From NCBI GenBank assembly GCA_016178685.1, contig JACOSU010000081.1, forward strand, positions 722-64,721: DNA of 64,000 nucleotides, in the 5' to 3' direction. The position numbers were made by a program, and so were the translations under genes. The notes under the pieces are model-generated. The model searched no databases. It had not been told where the DNA came from and worked only from the letters and a program-made list of their open reading frames with translations. Source of the DNA: Candidatus Eiseniibacteriota bacterium. GTDB lineage: Bacteria; Eisenbacteria; RBG-16-71-46. This document shows positions 1 through 9,346 of the stretch, in pieces (position 1 is the first letter of the stretch; each line of letters begins with the position of its first letter).

Positions 1-1425
1 CCAGACTCCGCTCGCCCCCGACATCGCCTGATCGAGCCTCGGATCGAGCCGCGGCGGATCCGAGGCGAAGCCCAGCCAGAACGGCACGAGCGGAAGCGGG
101 CCCCGATAGTAGTAGATCATGGGATCGATCGAGTTGACCGCCAGCACTTTCTCTCCGGCCACCGCGCGCGCGGCCACCAGTGCGGCCGCTCCGCGATGAT
201 CGTCCTTGCCGTAGCGCGGGTCGAAGTAGTGGTGCGAAAGCGAAGCCGCCCACAGCACCGCCACCGCGCCCGCCATGATCCAGCGCGCTCGGGGCTTCAG
301 GTCGACCAGCGCCGCCGCGATCAGGAGCAAGAACGCCGGATACGACGCGGCGAGATAACGCGGACGGAACGCCTTGAAGTTGGAGAGCGCGAACCAGCTC
401 ACGACCGCGGCCGGAGCCGCCAGCCACAGAGCCGCATCACCGAGCCGCCGCCGCCGGCGGAGCGCCGCCAGCCCCGCGAACCCCAGCCCTGCGAACACCA
501 GGGCGGTCGCGGCGATCTCCAGGGCGTGGCGCGCGAGGGTGCAGGCCGACGAATCGGCGATCAGCTCGCGCAGCGAGGGTCCCAGCGTGTAGCCGACCGC
601 GAAACTGTGGATCGCGAACGGCAGCGCCGCGGCGTGAAACGTGGCGGCGCCGCGCAGCCGCTCCTCGCTCGCCGCCCGCTCACGACCCGGATGCAGCCGC
701 TGCCAGTCCCACGTGCGAAGCGCCTGCGGCGCCCACGGCAGCGCGAGCGCCGCCAGCGCGACCCCGGCGATCGCCGCAAAGCGCATGCGACGGGCGCGGG
801 CGCCGGAATCGGCGAGCCACCAGCGCAGGTGAAGCGGAAGCACGAACGCGAACGACGGATTCGCGAGCAGGCCCACGATCGAGGCCGTGGTCCACGCGAA
901 CGCGGTGCGGGCGCGCGCCGCGCGCGACAGCTCCAGCATCAGGGCGCCGCTCACGCATGTGAACAGGATCAGCATCGCGTAGGGCCTGGCCTCCTGCGAA
1001 TACCACACCAGAAACGGCGAAACCGCGGCCAGCCACGCCGCCCACTCGGCCTCTCGCCGGCCCAGCCAGCGCGCGGCCACCCACGCCATCGCCGGCACCG
1101 TGGCGACGCCGCACAGCGCCGACGGCAGGCGCAGCGTCCACTCGTCTGAACCGCGGAGCGAGGCCACCGCGTGCACCAGAAGCGCGTAAAGCGGACCGTG
1201 CACGTTGCCGGTCAGGTCCCGCACGCCGAACGCGCTTCCCACGTTCGCGCTGTACCAGGTGAGCACCTCGTCGATCCACAGGCTCTGCGCGCCGAGACGA
1301 TAGAAGCGCAGCGCCGCCGCCACGACGGTTGCGGCGAGCACGGACCAGGCGAAGGCCGGAGACGGGACGAAAGGCGCGAAGGGCGGAGACGACCGGGAAT
1401 CGAGAGGCTCGGACTTCTGGTTCAT
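1..1425 (-). CDS. GT-C family polytopic membrane glycosyltransferase (PMT_2/ArnT-like). The 3' end runs off the left edge of the window; the start is ATG at 1425..1423.
   Basis: My own minus-strand translation gives MNQKSEPLDSRSSPPFAPFVPSPAFAWSVLAATVVAAALRFYRLGAQSLWIDEV... followed by many hydrophobic segments. It is absent from the ORF track because there is no in-window stop. It lies in the same operon as the downstream sugar transferase. Confidence 0.55.
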   Translation of the reverse strand, partial: MNQKSEPLDSRSSPPFAPFVPSPAFAWSVLAATVVAAALRFYRLGAQSLWIDEVLTWYSANVGSAFGVRDLTGNVHGPLYALLVHAVASLRGSDEWTLRLPSALCGVATVPAMAWVAARWLGRREAEWAAWLAAVSPFLVWYSQEARPYAMLILFTCVSGALMLELSRAARARTAFAWTTASIVGLLANPSFAFVLPLHLRWWLADSGARARRMRFAAIAGVALAALALPWAPQALRTWDWQRLHPGRERAASEERLRGAATFHAAALPFAIHSFAVGYTLGPSLRELIADSSACTLARHALEIAATALVFAGLGFAGLAALRRRRRLGDAALWLAAPAAVVSWFALSNFKAFRPRYLAASYPAFLLLIAAALVDLKPRARWIMAGAVAVLWAASLSHHYFDPRYGKDDHRGAAALVAARAVAGEKVLAVNSIDPMIYYYRGPLPLVPFWLGFASDPPRLDPRLDQAMSGASGVW

Positions 1426-1430
1426 TCCCG

Positions 1431-2363
1431 TCAGTATGCGCCCTCCCGGGACAGCACGGCGGGGATGGTGCGCAGGAGGATCTTGAGGTCGAGCATCGGG
1501 GACTGCTGCCGGATGTATTCGAGGTCGAGCCGCATCCACTCCTGAAACCCGATGCGGCTGCGACCGCTGATCTGCCACAGGCACGTGAGGCCGGGGCGCA
1601 CATCGAGGCGGTGCAGCTGCCATGGCTCGTACTGCGCCACCTCCTCGGGAATCGGCGGCCGCGGGCCCACCAGTGACATCTCGCCGGCGAGCACGTGGAA
1701 GAATTGCGGGATCTCGTCGATGCTGGTGCTGCGCAGGAAGCGGCCAATGCGTGTGATGCGCGGATCGTTGCTGATCTTGAAGACCGGTCCGTCCGCTTCG
1801 TTCAAGTGCGTGAGGTGGTGGCGGTGACGATCCGCTCCGTTCACCATCGAGCGCAGCTTGTAGAACGTAAACGGCCGGCCACCCCGGCCGATGCGCGTGG
1901 ACTTGTAGAATACCGGGCCTCGCGACTCCAGCTTGATCGCGAGCGCGGCGAGCAGCAGCACCGGCGATGTCAGCACCAGCGCGACCGTGGCGCCGAACAG
2001 ATCGAGAACGCGCTTTCCGGCTCGGGAGTAGAACCCTTGCTCGCGCTCGAGGGCCAGATGGGCCACTCCCTGCGGCACCGAAGCCAGCGAGACGGAGGCT
2101 CCGACCGTGACCCACAGGCGCGCCTCCGCGGCATGCTCAACGCCGTTGGAGTGAGCAGCGCGCGCGACGCCGTTGGTGGCATGCGGATGAGGAGCCGTCG
2201 AAGTGTAGGCCGGCGCGGCTGTCATGCTGAGACTCTCCACCGGGAGGCTGGACGCGGTAGGCTGGACCCGCGCGGACCACTCGGGTTCGCGGGCCATCGG
2301 TTCGCTGGGGGTAGCGAGGACGTCGGGCTCCATGATGCCGCTCTGATGTTGTGCCGCCCGCAC
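1431..2363 (-). CDS. Polyprenyl-phosphate sugar-phosphotransferase (bacterial sugar transferase, WbaP/PglC-like initiating enzyme). The N-terminal start is uncertain (alternative M at 2333).
   Basis: The C-terminal domain carries the hallmark motifs KLRSM, DEIPQFFHVLAGEMSLVGPRP and TCLWQISGRS, and there is a TM helix before the catalytic domain. Confidence 0.85.
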   Translation of the reverse strand: MRAAQHQSGIMEPDVLATPSEPMAREPEWSARVQPTASSLPVESLSMTAAPAYTSTAPHPHATNGVARAAHSNGVEHAAEARLWVTVGASVSLASVPQGVAHLALEREQGFYSRAGKRVLDLFGATVALVLTSPVLLLAALAIKLESRGPVFYKSTRIGRGGRPFTFYKLRSMVNGADRHRHHLTHLNEADGPVFKISNDPRITRIGRFLRSTSIDEIPQFFHVLAGEMSLVGPRPPIPEEVAQYEPWQLHRLDVRPGLTCLWQISGRSRIGFQEWMRLDLEYIRQQSPMLDLKILLRTIPAVLSREGAY

Positions 2364-2819
2364 AAAAAAACCGGGGGGATAGAAAACCCCTCGGTCAAAG
2401 CTCCCGCTTCATCCGTTCGGACAGAGTCCTGGACTGGTCGAGTGCGAGCGACGGGGGAAACAACAAGATGTCGAACCTCGGATGCATGTCCTGGCTACTT
2501 GCCAGGCAGCCGGGCAACTTCACGGGCCCGGTTGTGTGGCTCGCTCTTCAACGACGAACCCAGTTAGCAATGGATCCGCGCTGTCCCCTCCGGTGGTGAG
2601 ATTCTCTTCTGCTGCGGACAGAAGTTACGTTAGCAAAGGCCTGACAGCGAATCAAGTACCAAAGAGGGGCCACGGGAAGGCCTCTCCAGGGTCCCCGGTC
2701 GGGGGGCGGCATCGCGGCACGAAATCGGCATAGAATGAGCGTCGTCAGACTTCCAGCAAGATTCGGCCCCCTGCGGCGATAGGGGCCGTCGGGTCGATGG
2801 AACAACCCCGGGGAGCGCC
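2364..2819. promoter_or_regulatory. Long (~450 bp), noticeably lower-GC divergent intergenic region between the sugar-transferase operon (minus strand) and the GT-C/GT2 operon (plus strand). It probably holds divergent promoters or operators, and an sRNA is possible.
   Basis: No credible ORF is present. GC is lower than the flanks and there is an A-run (cacaaaaaaacc). A small imperfect inverted repeat ccgggggg-atagaaaa-cccctcgg lies near 2370..2400. It sits between divergently transcribed genes. Confidence 0.35.
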
Positions 2820-4340
2820 GTGGCAGGCATTGAAAATGCGCGTCCAGTGCGGCTGAAATCAAGCCCGCGCCGCGGTTCGGCCGGGGCGGGCGAAGCCCGG
2901 GTGAACGGCGGCCTGGATCGCGCGCCCGCGGCGGGCCTGGGGCAATCCACCCCGCTCGCGGCGCATTCTCCCCTTCCGGCACGGGTCGCGGAACCTGGCC
3001 CGCGCCCGGCAGACGCGGGTTCGGCCCGGATCTCGATCGCGATCTGGCTCGCTCTCGCAGCCGCGTTCGTGGCCTCGCGCGCACCCCTCATTTCTCATGG
3101 TTACGGATCCGATCCGGACGCGTGGCGGAACGCGGTGGCCGCGCTTCACATGAGGGCCGCGGGCCGCTACATCCCATCGCGGCCCCCTGGATTCCCCGTT
3201 TTCGAAGGGCTGATGGCGCTGCTCGTTCCCTGCGGATGGATCGCGACCAATCTCGCGGCGGTGATCGCCGAGCTCGGTGCGATCGCAGCGTTCGCGATGG
3301 TGCTCGCACGACGCGGCGTGCGCGAGAGGCTGTGGCCGCTGATCGCGTTCGCGTTCGGTGCGGCGCTGTGGGTGCATGCCACGCAGACCATGGATTACGC
3401 GTTCGGGCTCGCGTTTTTTCTCGCCGCCTACGCGGCACTGCTCTCGCGACAATTCACGTGGGCAGGCGTGATGCTGGCGCTCGCCGTCGGCTGCCGTCCG
3501 AGCTATGGCCTGCTGCTGGTCCCCGCGGCGACGTTTCTCTGGATGCGCGGCCGGCTCGCCGCCGTCGTTTCATTCGCGGTCGGATTCGCGCCGGCCGTGC
3601 TCGTGGTCGAAGCCCCGGTGCTGTTCGCTCCCGAAACGCGCGACCTCGCGGGTCATCTCGCGCGCCACGCCGCGCATCACGCCACGGGCTCGACGCTGAT
3701 CCCGCTGCTGCGGGGGTCGGTGGTGTTCCTGATCGGCAAATGGGCGGCGGCTGCGTTCGCGATCGCGGTTCCGCTCGCCGCGGCGCGGCGCATGCGAGGT
3801 TCGCGGCCCGCGGAAGCACCGCCCGATCGCGCGGCGTTCGCGTTCGAGGTGCTCGCCGCGGTCGCGGTCGCTGGCTTCTTTCTCGTCATCCCGTATGAAC
3901 CGGCGTACTTGCTGCCCGTGCTGCCGCTGATTCTGATCACGGCCGCTCGTGCACTGCCGCGGCCCTGGACGGCGGTGGTCGCGATCGCGATGGCGCTTCA
4001 GTCCCTCCTGTCGTTCGAGTTTGCCGATCGTCGTCTTGCTCCGGGCGACCTGTTCGTCGAGCTGGCCGAGCGGCACGCCCTGCTCGACCGGTCGAACTCC
4101 CAGCTTGCCGCGCGCCCCACGGCACCCACCGCGTACACGATCGGGCGCTTCGGCATCCACCGGCTGATCGCGCTGGGTGGCGGCCTCGAGGTCGGTGCCG
4201 CCGGATGGTCTTCGTTCAGCGCTTCCGGGGTCGCGCTGCAATCGAGCGACGGGCGGCGCATCTACGCCGAGCGGTTCACCGCGGCCGGGGCGGAAAGCTT
4301 GAGAAACTCGGGCTGGCGGATCCGGGGTGAGGCTCCGTGA
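2820..4340 (+). CDS. GT-C family polytopic membrane glycosyltransferase (ArnT/PMT_2-like). The true start is probably downstream of 2820.
   Basis: There are more than 10 hydrophobic helices. The first loop, SHGYGSDPDAW...RYIPSRPPGFPVFEGLMALLVP, resembles the ArnT/PMT periplasmic loop. Its neighbour is a DPM1-like GT2. Confidence 0.55.
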   Translation: MAGIENARPVRLKSSPRRGSAGAGEARVNGGLDRAPAAGLGQSTPLAAHSPLPARVAEPGPRPADAGSARISIAIWLALAAAFVASRAPLISHGYGSDPDAWRNAVAALHMRAAGRYIPSRPPGFPVFEGLMALLVPCGWIATNLAAVIAELGAIAAFAMVLARRGVRERLWPLIAFAFGAALWVHATQTMDYAFGLAFFLAAYAALLSRQFTWAGVMLALAVGCRPSYGLLLVPAATFLWMRGRLAAVVSFAVGFAPAVLVVEAPVLFAPETRDLAGHLARHAAHHATGSTLIPLLRGSVVFLIGKWAAAAFAIAVPLAAARRMRGSRPAEAPPDRAAFAFEVLAAVAVAGFFLVIPYEPAYLLPVLPLILITAARALPRPWTAVVAIAMALQSLLSFEFADRRLAPGDLFVELAERHALLDRSNSQLAARPTAPTAYTIGRFGIHRLIALGGGLEVGAAGWSSFSASGVALQSSDGRRIYAERFTAAGAESLRNSGWRIRGEAP

Positions 4341-4517
4341 GGCGCATGCTCTCTCGAGGTCCCCGTCGCGAGGTCCGCGCGAGCGCATTCCTGTGCTATT
4401 CTCTTTCGCCCATCGCATCGTCCGCCCGCAGCGCGAGCGCGCGTGGACGCGCCGCGCGGCTCGGCTCGGCTCGCCGGGTGCTTTGCCCCCGCCCACGATG
4501 TTCTCGGAGGAAGATTG

Positions 4518-5282
4518 GTGACGTTCTGGCTCACTCTTCCCGCCTACAACGAGGAACGTTCGCTCCCCGCGCTGCTCGAGCGCTGCGTACCGCTCGCGCG
4601 AGACCTTGATGCGATGGGAGAGCGGCTTCGCGTGCTGGTGGTGGATGACGGCAGCCGGGACGGGACCATCGCGGCGGCGCGAACCTTCGAAGGCCGGCTC
4701 GGGATCGAGGTGGTGCCGCACGTCGTCAACCGCGGCCTGGGCGCTGCGCTCAGAACCGGGATCGCAGCGGCGCTCGAGCGCGCCTCGGACGACGACCTGA
4801 TCGCGACCATGGACGCCGATAACACGCACGATCCGGCGCTGATTCCCGAGCTGCACCGGCGCATGCGCGAAAAGAGCGCCGACGTGGTGATCGCGTCGCG
4901 CTACGCGCCGGGCGGCGCGGAAGTGGGGCTGACCTCGCTGAGAAGGGTGCTCTCGCGCGGCGCGAGCTTCCTCCTCACGGTCATGACTCCGGTCGCGGGC
5001 GCTCGCGATTACACGTGCGGCTTCCGGCTCTATCGCGCCTCGACGCTCCGGCGCGCGGCCCGGGCCTGGGATGACGCCCTGATCGAGGAGGCGGGCTTCA
5101 CGTGCATGGCGGAACTGCTGCTCAAGCTCGGGCGCGGCGGCGCGCGCGTGGCCGAATCGCCTCTGGTGCTGCGCTACGACCTCAAGGAGGGCGCCAGCAA
5201 GATGAAGATGATGCGCACCATCTCGCGCTATTTCGCGCTGATCCGCCGCATCCGCTCGCGACCGCTGCCGCGCGTGGCGTGA
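4518..5282 (+). CDS. GT2 family polyprenyl-phosphate glycosyltransferase (DPM1/ArnC/GtrB-like).
   Basis: Motifs LTLPAYNEE, VVDDGSRDGT, DADNTHDP and a C-terminal amphipathic tail. GTG start at 4518 is preceded by GGAGG at 4507..4511. Confidence 0.8.
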   Translation: MTFWLTLPAYNEERSLPALLERCVPLARDLDAMGERLRVLVVDDGSRDGTIAAARTFEGRLGIEVVPHVVNRGLGAALRTGIAAALERASDDDLIATMDADNTHDPALIPELHRRMREKSADVVIASRYAPGGAEVGLTSLRRVLSRGASFLLTVMTPVAGARDYTCGFRLYRASTLRRAARAWDDALIEEAGFTCMAELLLKLGRGGARVAESPLVLRYDLKEGASKMKMMRTISRYFALIRRIRSRPLPRVA

Positions 5283-5369
5283 GGTTCAGAGGATGTTCGA
5301 GGATGATCGAGTGAGGGACCGCCGCGGCTCGCCGGGTCCGCCCTGCCAGGCATCGACCGGAGCGTCGAG

Positions 5370-7001
5370 ATGAGCCTCCATCGTGACGCGCCGCCGACCG
5401 GCAACGCCGCCGGCGCGCGCAAGCGAGTGCCGTTCGGTGACGTGTTCACAATCGGGCTCGCGGCGCTGGGCGCGCGGCTCTTCGCGTTGCCCGGATCGGG
5501 GCCCGAAACTCTGGGGCCCGACTCCGCCCATTTTCTCAATGTCGCCCGCTGCTTCGTCCGCGGCCAGGGTTTCTCGAATGTCGAAGCGTGGCCGTCGTGG
5601 ATGCACCCGGCGCGACTTCCGAGCCCCGAGACGTTCAAGGAGCCGGCCTATTCGTGGCTGATCGCTGCGGGGGCGCGCCTCGGCTGCGATCCGTTCGCCA
5701 CCGGCCGGATGATCGCGCTCTTGGCGGGCATTCTGATCCCATGGCTGACCTACGCGCTCGCGCGCGCCATCCATCCGGAACGCAGAGTGGCGCTGCTCGC
5801 GGGGCTGCTCGCGGCGTGCAGTCCGCTCTTGATTCAGCATTCCGTGGTGGTGACGGCCGACACGCTGTTCGCCGCGCTCACGACCGCCATGTTTCTCGCG
5901 GCCTGCGAGGGAGCGCGCGCGACCGGAGCCGTGCGCAGGTCGGTGTTCGACCTCGCCACCGGAGCCTGCTTCGGTCTCGCCTACCTGACGCGGGCCCAGG
6001 TGATGCTCGCGGTCCCCGCGCTCCTCGTGCTGTGGCTCGGACGCCCTACCCTGAGGTCGCGGCTTCAGAGCGTGGCGCTCGCGTTCTCCGCCGCCGTGGT
6101 GCTCGCTTCGCCCCTGCTGCTGCGAAATCTCCGGCAGTTCGGCGAGCCGCTCCACAGCGACGTGGTGCGGCTCGGCATCCTGCCGTACCTGGACCAGTTC
6201 GTGGTCTACAACTCGATCGACCTGCCCCCGGCAGCGATTCCCTACGCGCTCGCCCACCCCGCGCAGGTGGCCGCGCGCGTCGCCTCGAGCCTGCAAGGCC
6301 TGGCGCTGTCCACGTTCCCGCACAACATCCTCGGTCATCCGGTCTGGATGCTGCAGTTCGTCGCGGGGTTGCTGCTCGGACTCGGGCAGCGACGAGCACT
6401 CGGCTTCGCGTATCTCTACGGTGCGGTGACCGTCGCCTTCATCGCCGCCGTGTGGTGGGCGCCCTATTATTTCTGCAGCCTGACGCCGATCGCCTGCCTG
6501 TTCACCGCGATCGGCGCGGGCTGGATCGCCGATCGGATCGGCGATGTGCCGCTGGCTGGACCGGTCACCGGGGGTGCCCTGTTGTTCGCGACGCTCGCCG
6601 TGACGCTTCTGCTTCAGGTCGGCGTCGCGCGCCGCGATGTGCGCGCTTACCACGACCCGGAACTTGCCGCAACGCTGCACGAGGCTCCGTTCCTGCGCGC
6701 GCACCTGGCGCCCGGCGAATCCGTGATGGTGATGAAGACGTCGTACTGGGCCTGGTTCACCGACCACCCGGCCGTGAGCTTCACGCTCGCGGACGAGCCG
6801 CGTTTCATGGAAGTGATCCGGCGCCTTCGGGTGCGTTACGCGGCGCTGCCCACCAGCCTGTTGCCGAAGCTGGCCGCCCGGTCGCCATCGGGACGCCTGC
6901 CGCGCTCGCTGGTGTTCGATCACGCGGATTCCGCGCGCGATGTGACGGTGTTCCGGATCGAGGATCCGGCCGGTGCCGAGGGCGGCCATGCCACTCGATG
7001 A
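5370..7001 (+). CDS. GT-C family membrane glycosyltransferase (ArnT/GT83/GT39-like).
   Basis: N-terminal TM region then PAYSWLIAAGARLGCDPFATGRMIALLAGILIPWLTYALARAI, a typical ArnT/PMT_2 core. About 12 TM helices plus a C-terminal soluble domain. Confidence 0.7.
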   Translation: MSLHRDAPPTGNAAGARKRVPFGDVFTIGLAALGARLFALPGSGPETLGPDSAHFLNVARCFVRGQGFSNVEAWPSWMHPARLPSPETFKEPAYSWLIAAGARLGCDPFATGRMIALLAGILIPWLTYALARAIHPERRVALLAGLLAACSPLLIQHSVVVTADTLFAALTTAMFLAACEGARATGAVRRSVFDLATGACFGLAYLTRAQVMLAVPALLVLWLGRPTLRSRLQSVALAFSAAVVLASPLLLRNLRQFGEPLHSDVVRLGILPYLDQFVVYNSIDLPPAAIPYALAHPAQVAARVASSLQGLALSTFPHNILGHPVWMLQFVAGLLLGLGQRRALGFAYLYGAVTVAFIAAVWWAPYYFCSLTPIACLFTAIGAGWIADRIGDVPLAGPVTGGALLFATLAVTLLLQVGVARRDVRAYHDPELAATLHEAPFLRAHLAPGESVMVMKTSYWAWFTDHPAVSFTLADEPRFMEVIRRLRVRYAALPTSLLPKLAARSPSGRLPRSLVFDHADSARDVTVFRIEDPAGAEGGHATR

Positions 7002-7158
7002 GGGCGCCGCGGCCGATGCGATTCGCACGATGGATTGCGAAGAGCCCGCCCGCCCGCGCCGTGGAGTGCGAGGTTCCGTTTTCGAATCGTGGGCGTGGCG
7101 CGACGACGCGCGATTCCTTGCCCGCGGCCGGACCCCGCTGATAGACTTTTCATCCGGT

Positions 7159-7182
7159 TCCATCCGGGTGTCTCCGGATGGA
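7159..7182 (+). other. Stem-loop with a perfect 9-bp stem (tccatccgg / ccggatgga) and a 6-nt loop, in the 213-bp spacer upstream of the GT2 gene. The catccgg motif is also repeated at 7151..7157.
   Basis: Read directly from the sequence ttccatccgggtgtctccggatgga. No U-run follows, so it is not a classical intrinsic terminator. It may be an attenuator, an RNA processing site or a protein-binding site. Confidence 0.3.
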
Positions 7183-7214
7183 CGAACCCCGCAACGCACC
7201 TTTCACCCTCCCGA

Positions 7215-7889
7215 ATGCACCGCGATCTGAAGCTCAGCGTCGTCATCCCCTGCTATAATGAAGAAGATGGCGTGCGCGAAGTCATCGGGCGCATGCCGAA
7301 GGCGGTGGATGAAGTCGTCGTCGTCGACAACAACTGCACCGACCGCACGGCCGAGGTGGCGCGCGGCCTGGGGGCGCGGGTGGTGACCGAGACCACACCG
7401 GGCTACGGTGCGGCCTACAAGGCCGGATTGCGCGCCGCCTCGGGGGACGTCGTCATCACGCTCGACGGCGACGGCACCTACCCGCCCGAAGAGATCCCGC
7501 GGCTGGTGGAGGAACTCGTGGACCATGGCTGGGACTTCCTTTCGGCGAGCCGCTTTCCGCTCACCGACCCGAACGCCATGCAGTTCACGAACCGGCTCGG
7601 CAACGGGGTGCTGACGGTGGCGACGGCGGTGTTGTTCTTCAAGCCGATCCGCGACAGCCAGTCGGGGATGTGGGTGTTCCACCGCAGCGTGCTCGATCGC
7701 ATGCGCCTCACGTCCGACGGCATGGCGTTCAGCGAGGAGATCAAGCTCGAGGCCCTGCTGCGGGGCCTCAAGTTCGGAGAGGGTCACATTCCGTACGGAG
7801 AGCGCATCGGCGAGGTGAAACTTCAGAAGTGGCGCGACGGCTGGGAGAATCTCGCATTCCTGGTGCGGAAACGTTTGGGAGCGGTGTGA
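7215..7889 (+). CDS. GT2 family glycosyltransferase (DPM1-like polyprenyl-phosphate sugar synthase).
   Basis: MHRDLKLSVVIPCYNEEDGV, VVVDNNCTDRT, ITLDGDGTYPPEE and FSEEIKLEAL. ATG at 7215. Confidence 0.8.
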   Translation: MHRDLKLSVVIPCYNEEDGVREVIGRMPKAVDEVVVVDNNCTDRTAEVARGLGARVVTETTPGYGAAYKAGLRAASGDVVITLDGDGTYPPEEIPRLVEELVDHGWDFLSASRFPLTDPNAMQFTNRLGNGVLTVATAVLFFKPIRDSQSGMWVFHRSVLDRMRLTSDGMAFSEEIKLEALLRGLKFGEGHIPYGERIGEVKLQKWRDGWENLAFLVRKRLGAV

Positions 7890-9346
7890 TGGCGATGTCG
7901 GTTCGGCTCAAGCACTGGTGGCACGCCGATCGCGATCCTCTGATGCGGGTGATTCAAATTCTCGCCGTGGTGGCGCTCGGCATCGTGATCGGGACGCAGT
8001 ACATGACGCCCGACAAGCGCATGCTCTCGGTGGCGGCGGGGGCCCTCGTGTTCGGAATCGCATGGCGCCTCGACACCCTGACCGGACTCGGCCTTCTGAT
8101 CATCGCATTGCCCTATCCGCGCCCCACCGTGTTCGGGGGCACGAACTTCGCATTCATCCTGTTACTGCTGCTGATCTGGCTGCTGCGCGTCGCGCAGCGC
8201 ATGAGTCCTCGGCCGCGTGCGACGCCGCTGGACATCCCGATCGCCGGGTGGGTGCTGGCCTACGCGATCTCGTTTTACAATGTCGCGAACGCGGAGGACC
8301 TGGGCTACGCCATGCAGAGTACGGAGCAGTTCATCGTATGTCTTCTGCTCTTCTATCTGCTGGTCAGCAACATCCGGACCGTGGCCGATCTACAGCGCAT
8401 ACAGGCGTTCCAGGCGGTCTCGCTCGCCACCATCCTGCTGATCGCCGTCTACGAGCTGAACCATCCGAACGGAACCCTGATTCCGGGATGGATCATCTTC
8501 ACGAACACGTCGGGCGGCGAATTCAACTTGAAGAACGTGCGGGTGGGCGGTCCGTTCTTCGACTTCGAACTGCTCTCGGAGTTCTGTGCGGTGAGCAGCC
8601 TGCTCGTGGCGTTCCTGTATCTGCGCGCGCGCTCGATCTATGGCCGCGCCGCGCTCGCGGCGCTGCTCCTGCTCGACATCTTCGTGCTGTTCGCGACCGT
8701 CACGCGCGGCGCGATGATCTCGCTCGGCGTGGGCCTGCTGTACCTGCTGTTCCGGGTGCGGCGGCGCGTGCGCGTGGTCCCGCTCACGCTGGTGGCGGGC
8801 GCGATCGCGGGGTTGGCGACCGGAATGAATTTCTTCGTCTCCCACTTCACGCGCTCGGGCGATGTGGGGGCCCGGCTCCGGGGGACGCATTTCGTGGGCC
8901 TGGTGCCCGACAGCCGCGTGCAGGCGTGGGCCGGCGCCTGGGACCGTTTTCTCGAACATCCCTTGATCGGCCATGGCCCCTACTACTCGTCGCAAACCGG
9001 ATCGCACATCTGGTACTGGCCGCACAACGGATATCTGTACATTGCGAATCTGTTCGGCCTGTTCGGCCTGACGTTCTACTTCGCGCTGCTGATCACGCTC
9101 TTCAGAATCACGAACCGGTCGAGCGAGGATCTTCACGATCCGGATTACGCGCGCGCGTTCCTGCTGGTCGCGAACGTTCAGCTCGTGGTCTTCATCGTCG
9201 ATCAGATCAAGATCGACTACCTGCGCAACACGATCTACCAGTTCGAAGTGTGGGTGATGTTCGCGATGATGGTCGCCGCCTCCCGCGTGGCTCAGTCCGA
9301 AACTGTTCGCGCGAAGATCACGCGGCCATTGCCGTTCGCGGCATGA
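7889..9346 (+). CDS. O-antigen ligase / Wzy-type polysaccharide polymerase family membrane protein (Wzy_C-like).
   Basis: About 10-12 TM helices. The characteristic periplasmic loop reads LFATVTRGAMISLGVGLLYLLF...HPLIGHGPYYSS, with the R and H/G motifs of the O-antigen ligase/polymerase family. Its start shares 1 nt with the preceding stop (TGATG). Confidence 0.7.
   Translation: MAMSVRLKHWWHADRDPLMRVIQILAVVALGIVIGTQYMTPDKRMLSVAAGALVFGIAWRLDTLTGLGLLIIALPYPRPTVFGGTNFAFILLLLLIWLLRVAQRMSPRPRATPLDIPIAGWVLAYAISFYNVANAEDLGYAMQSTEQFIVCLLLFYLLVSNIRTVADLQRIQAFQAVSLATILLIAVYELNHPNGTLIPGWIIFTNTSGGEFNLKNVRVGGPFFDFELLSEFCAVSSLLVAFLYLRARSIYGRAALAALLLLDIFVLFATVTRGAMISLGVGLLYLLFRVRRRVRVVPLTLVAGAIAGLATGMNFFVSHFTRSGDVGARLRGTHFVGLVPDSRVQAWAGAWDRFLEHPLIGHGPYYSSQTGSHIWYWPHNGYLYIANLFGLFGLTFYFALLITLFRITNRSSEDLHDPDYARAFLLVANVQLVVFIVDQIKIDYLRNTIYQFEVWVMFAMMVAASRVAQSETVRAKITRPLPFAA

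Noticed and set aside
196-1747. Plus-strand ORF 196..1149 and minus-strand ORF 680..1747.
   Set aside because: Both are Arg-rich, homopolymeric translations. The region is instead covered by a convincing minus-strand GT-C membrane protein (<1..1425) that the track missed because it has no in-window stop.
5286-7199. 637-aa minus-strand ORF, and similar long antisense or off-frame ORFs such as 3570..4856, 11617..13053, 13889..15367, 15458..17332, 18752..19882, 18889..19968, 23002..24507, 28304..30709, 33162..34259, 34220..35950, 36811..38520, 38415..39743, 43415..45361, 47178..48428 and 59263..61737.
   Set aside because: Their composition is dominated by Arg/Gly/Ala/Pro with no hydrophobic cores or motifs. 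Each lies antisense to, or out of frame with, a gene that has clear family signatures. This is typical of spurious ORFs in ~70% GC DNA.
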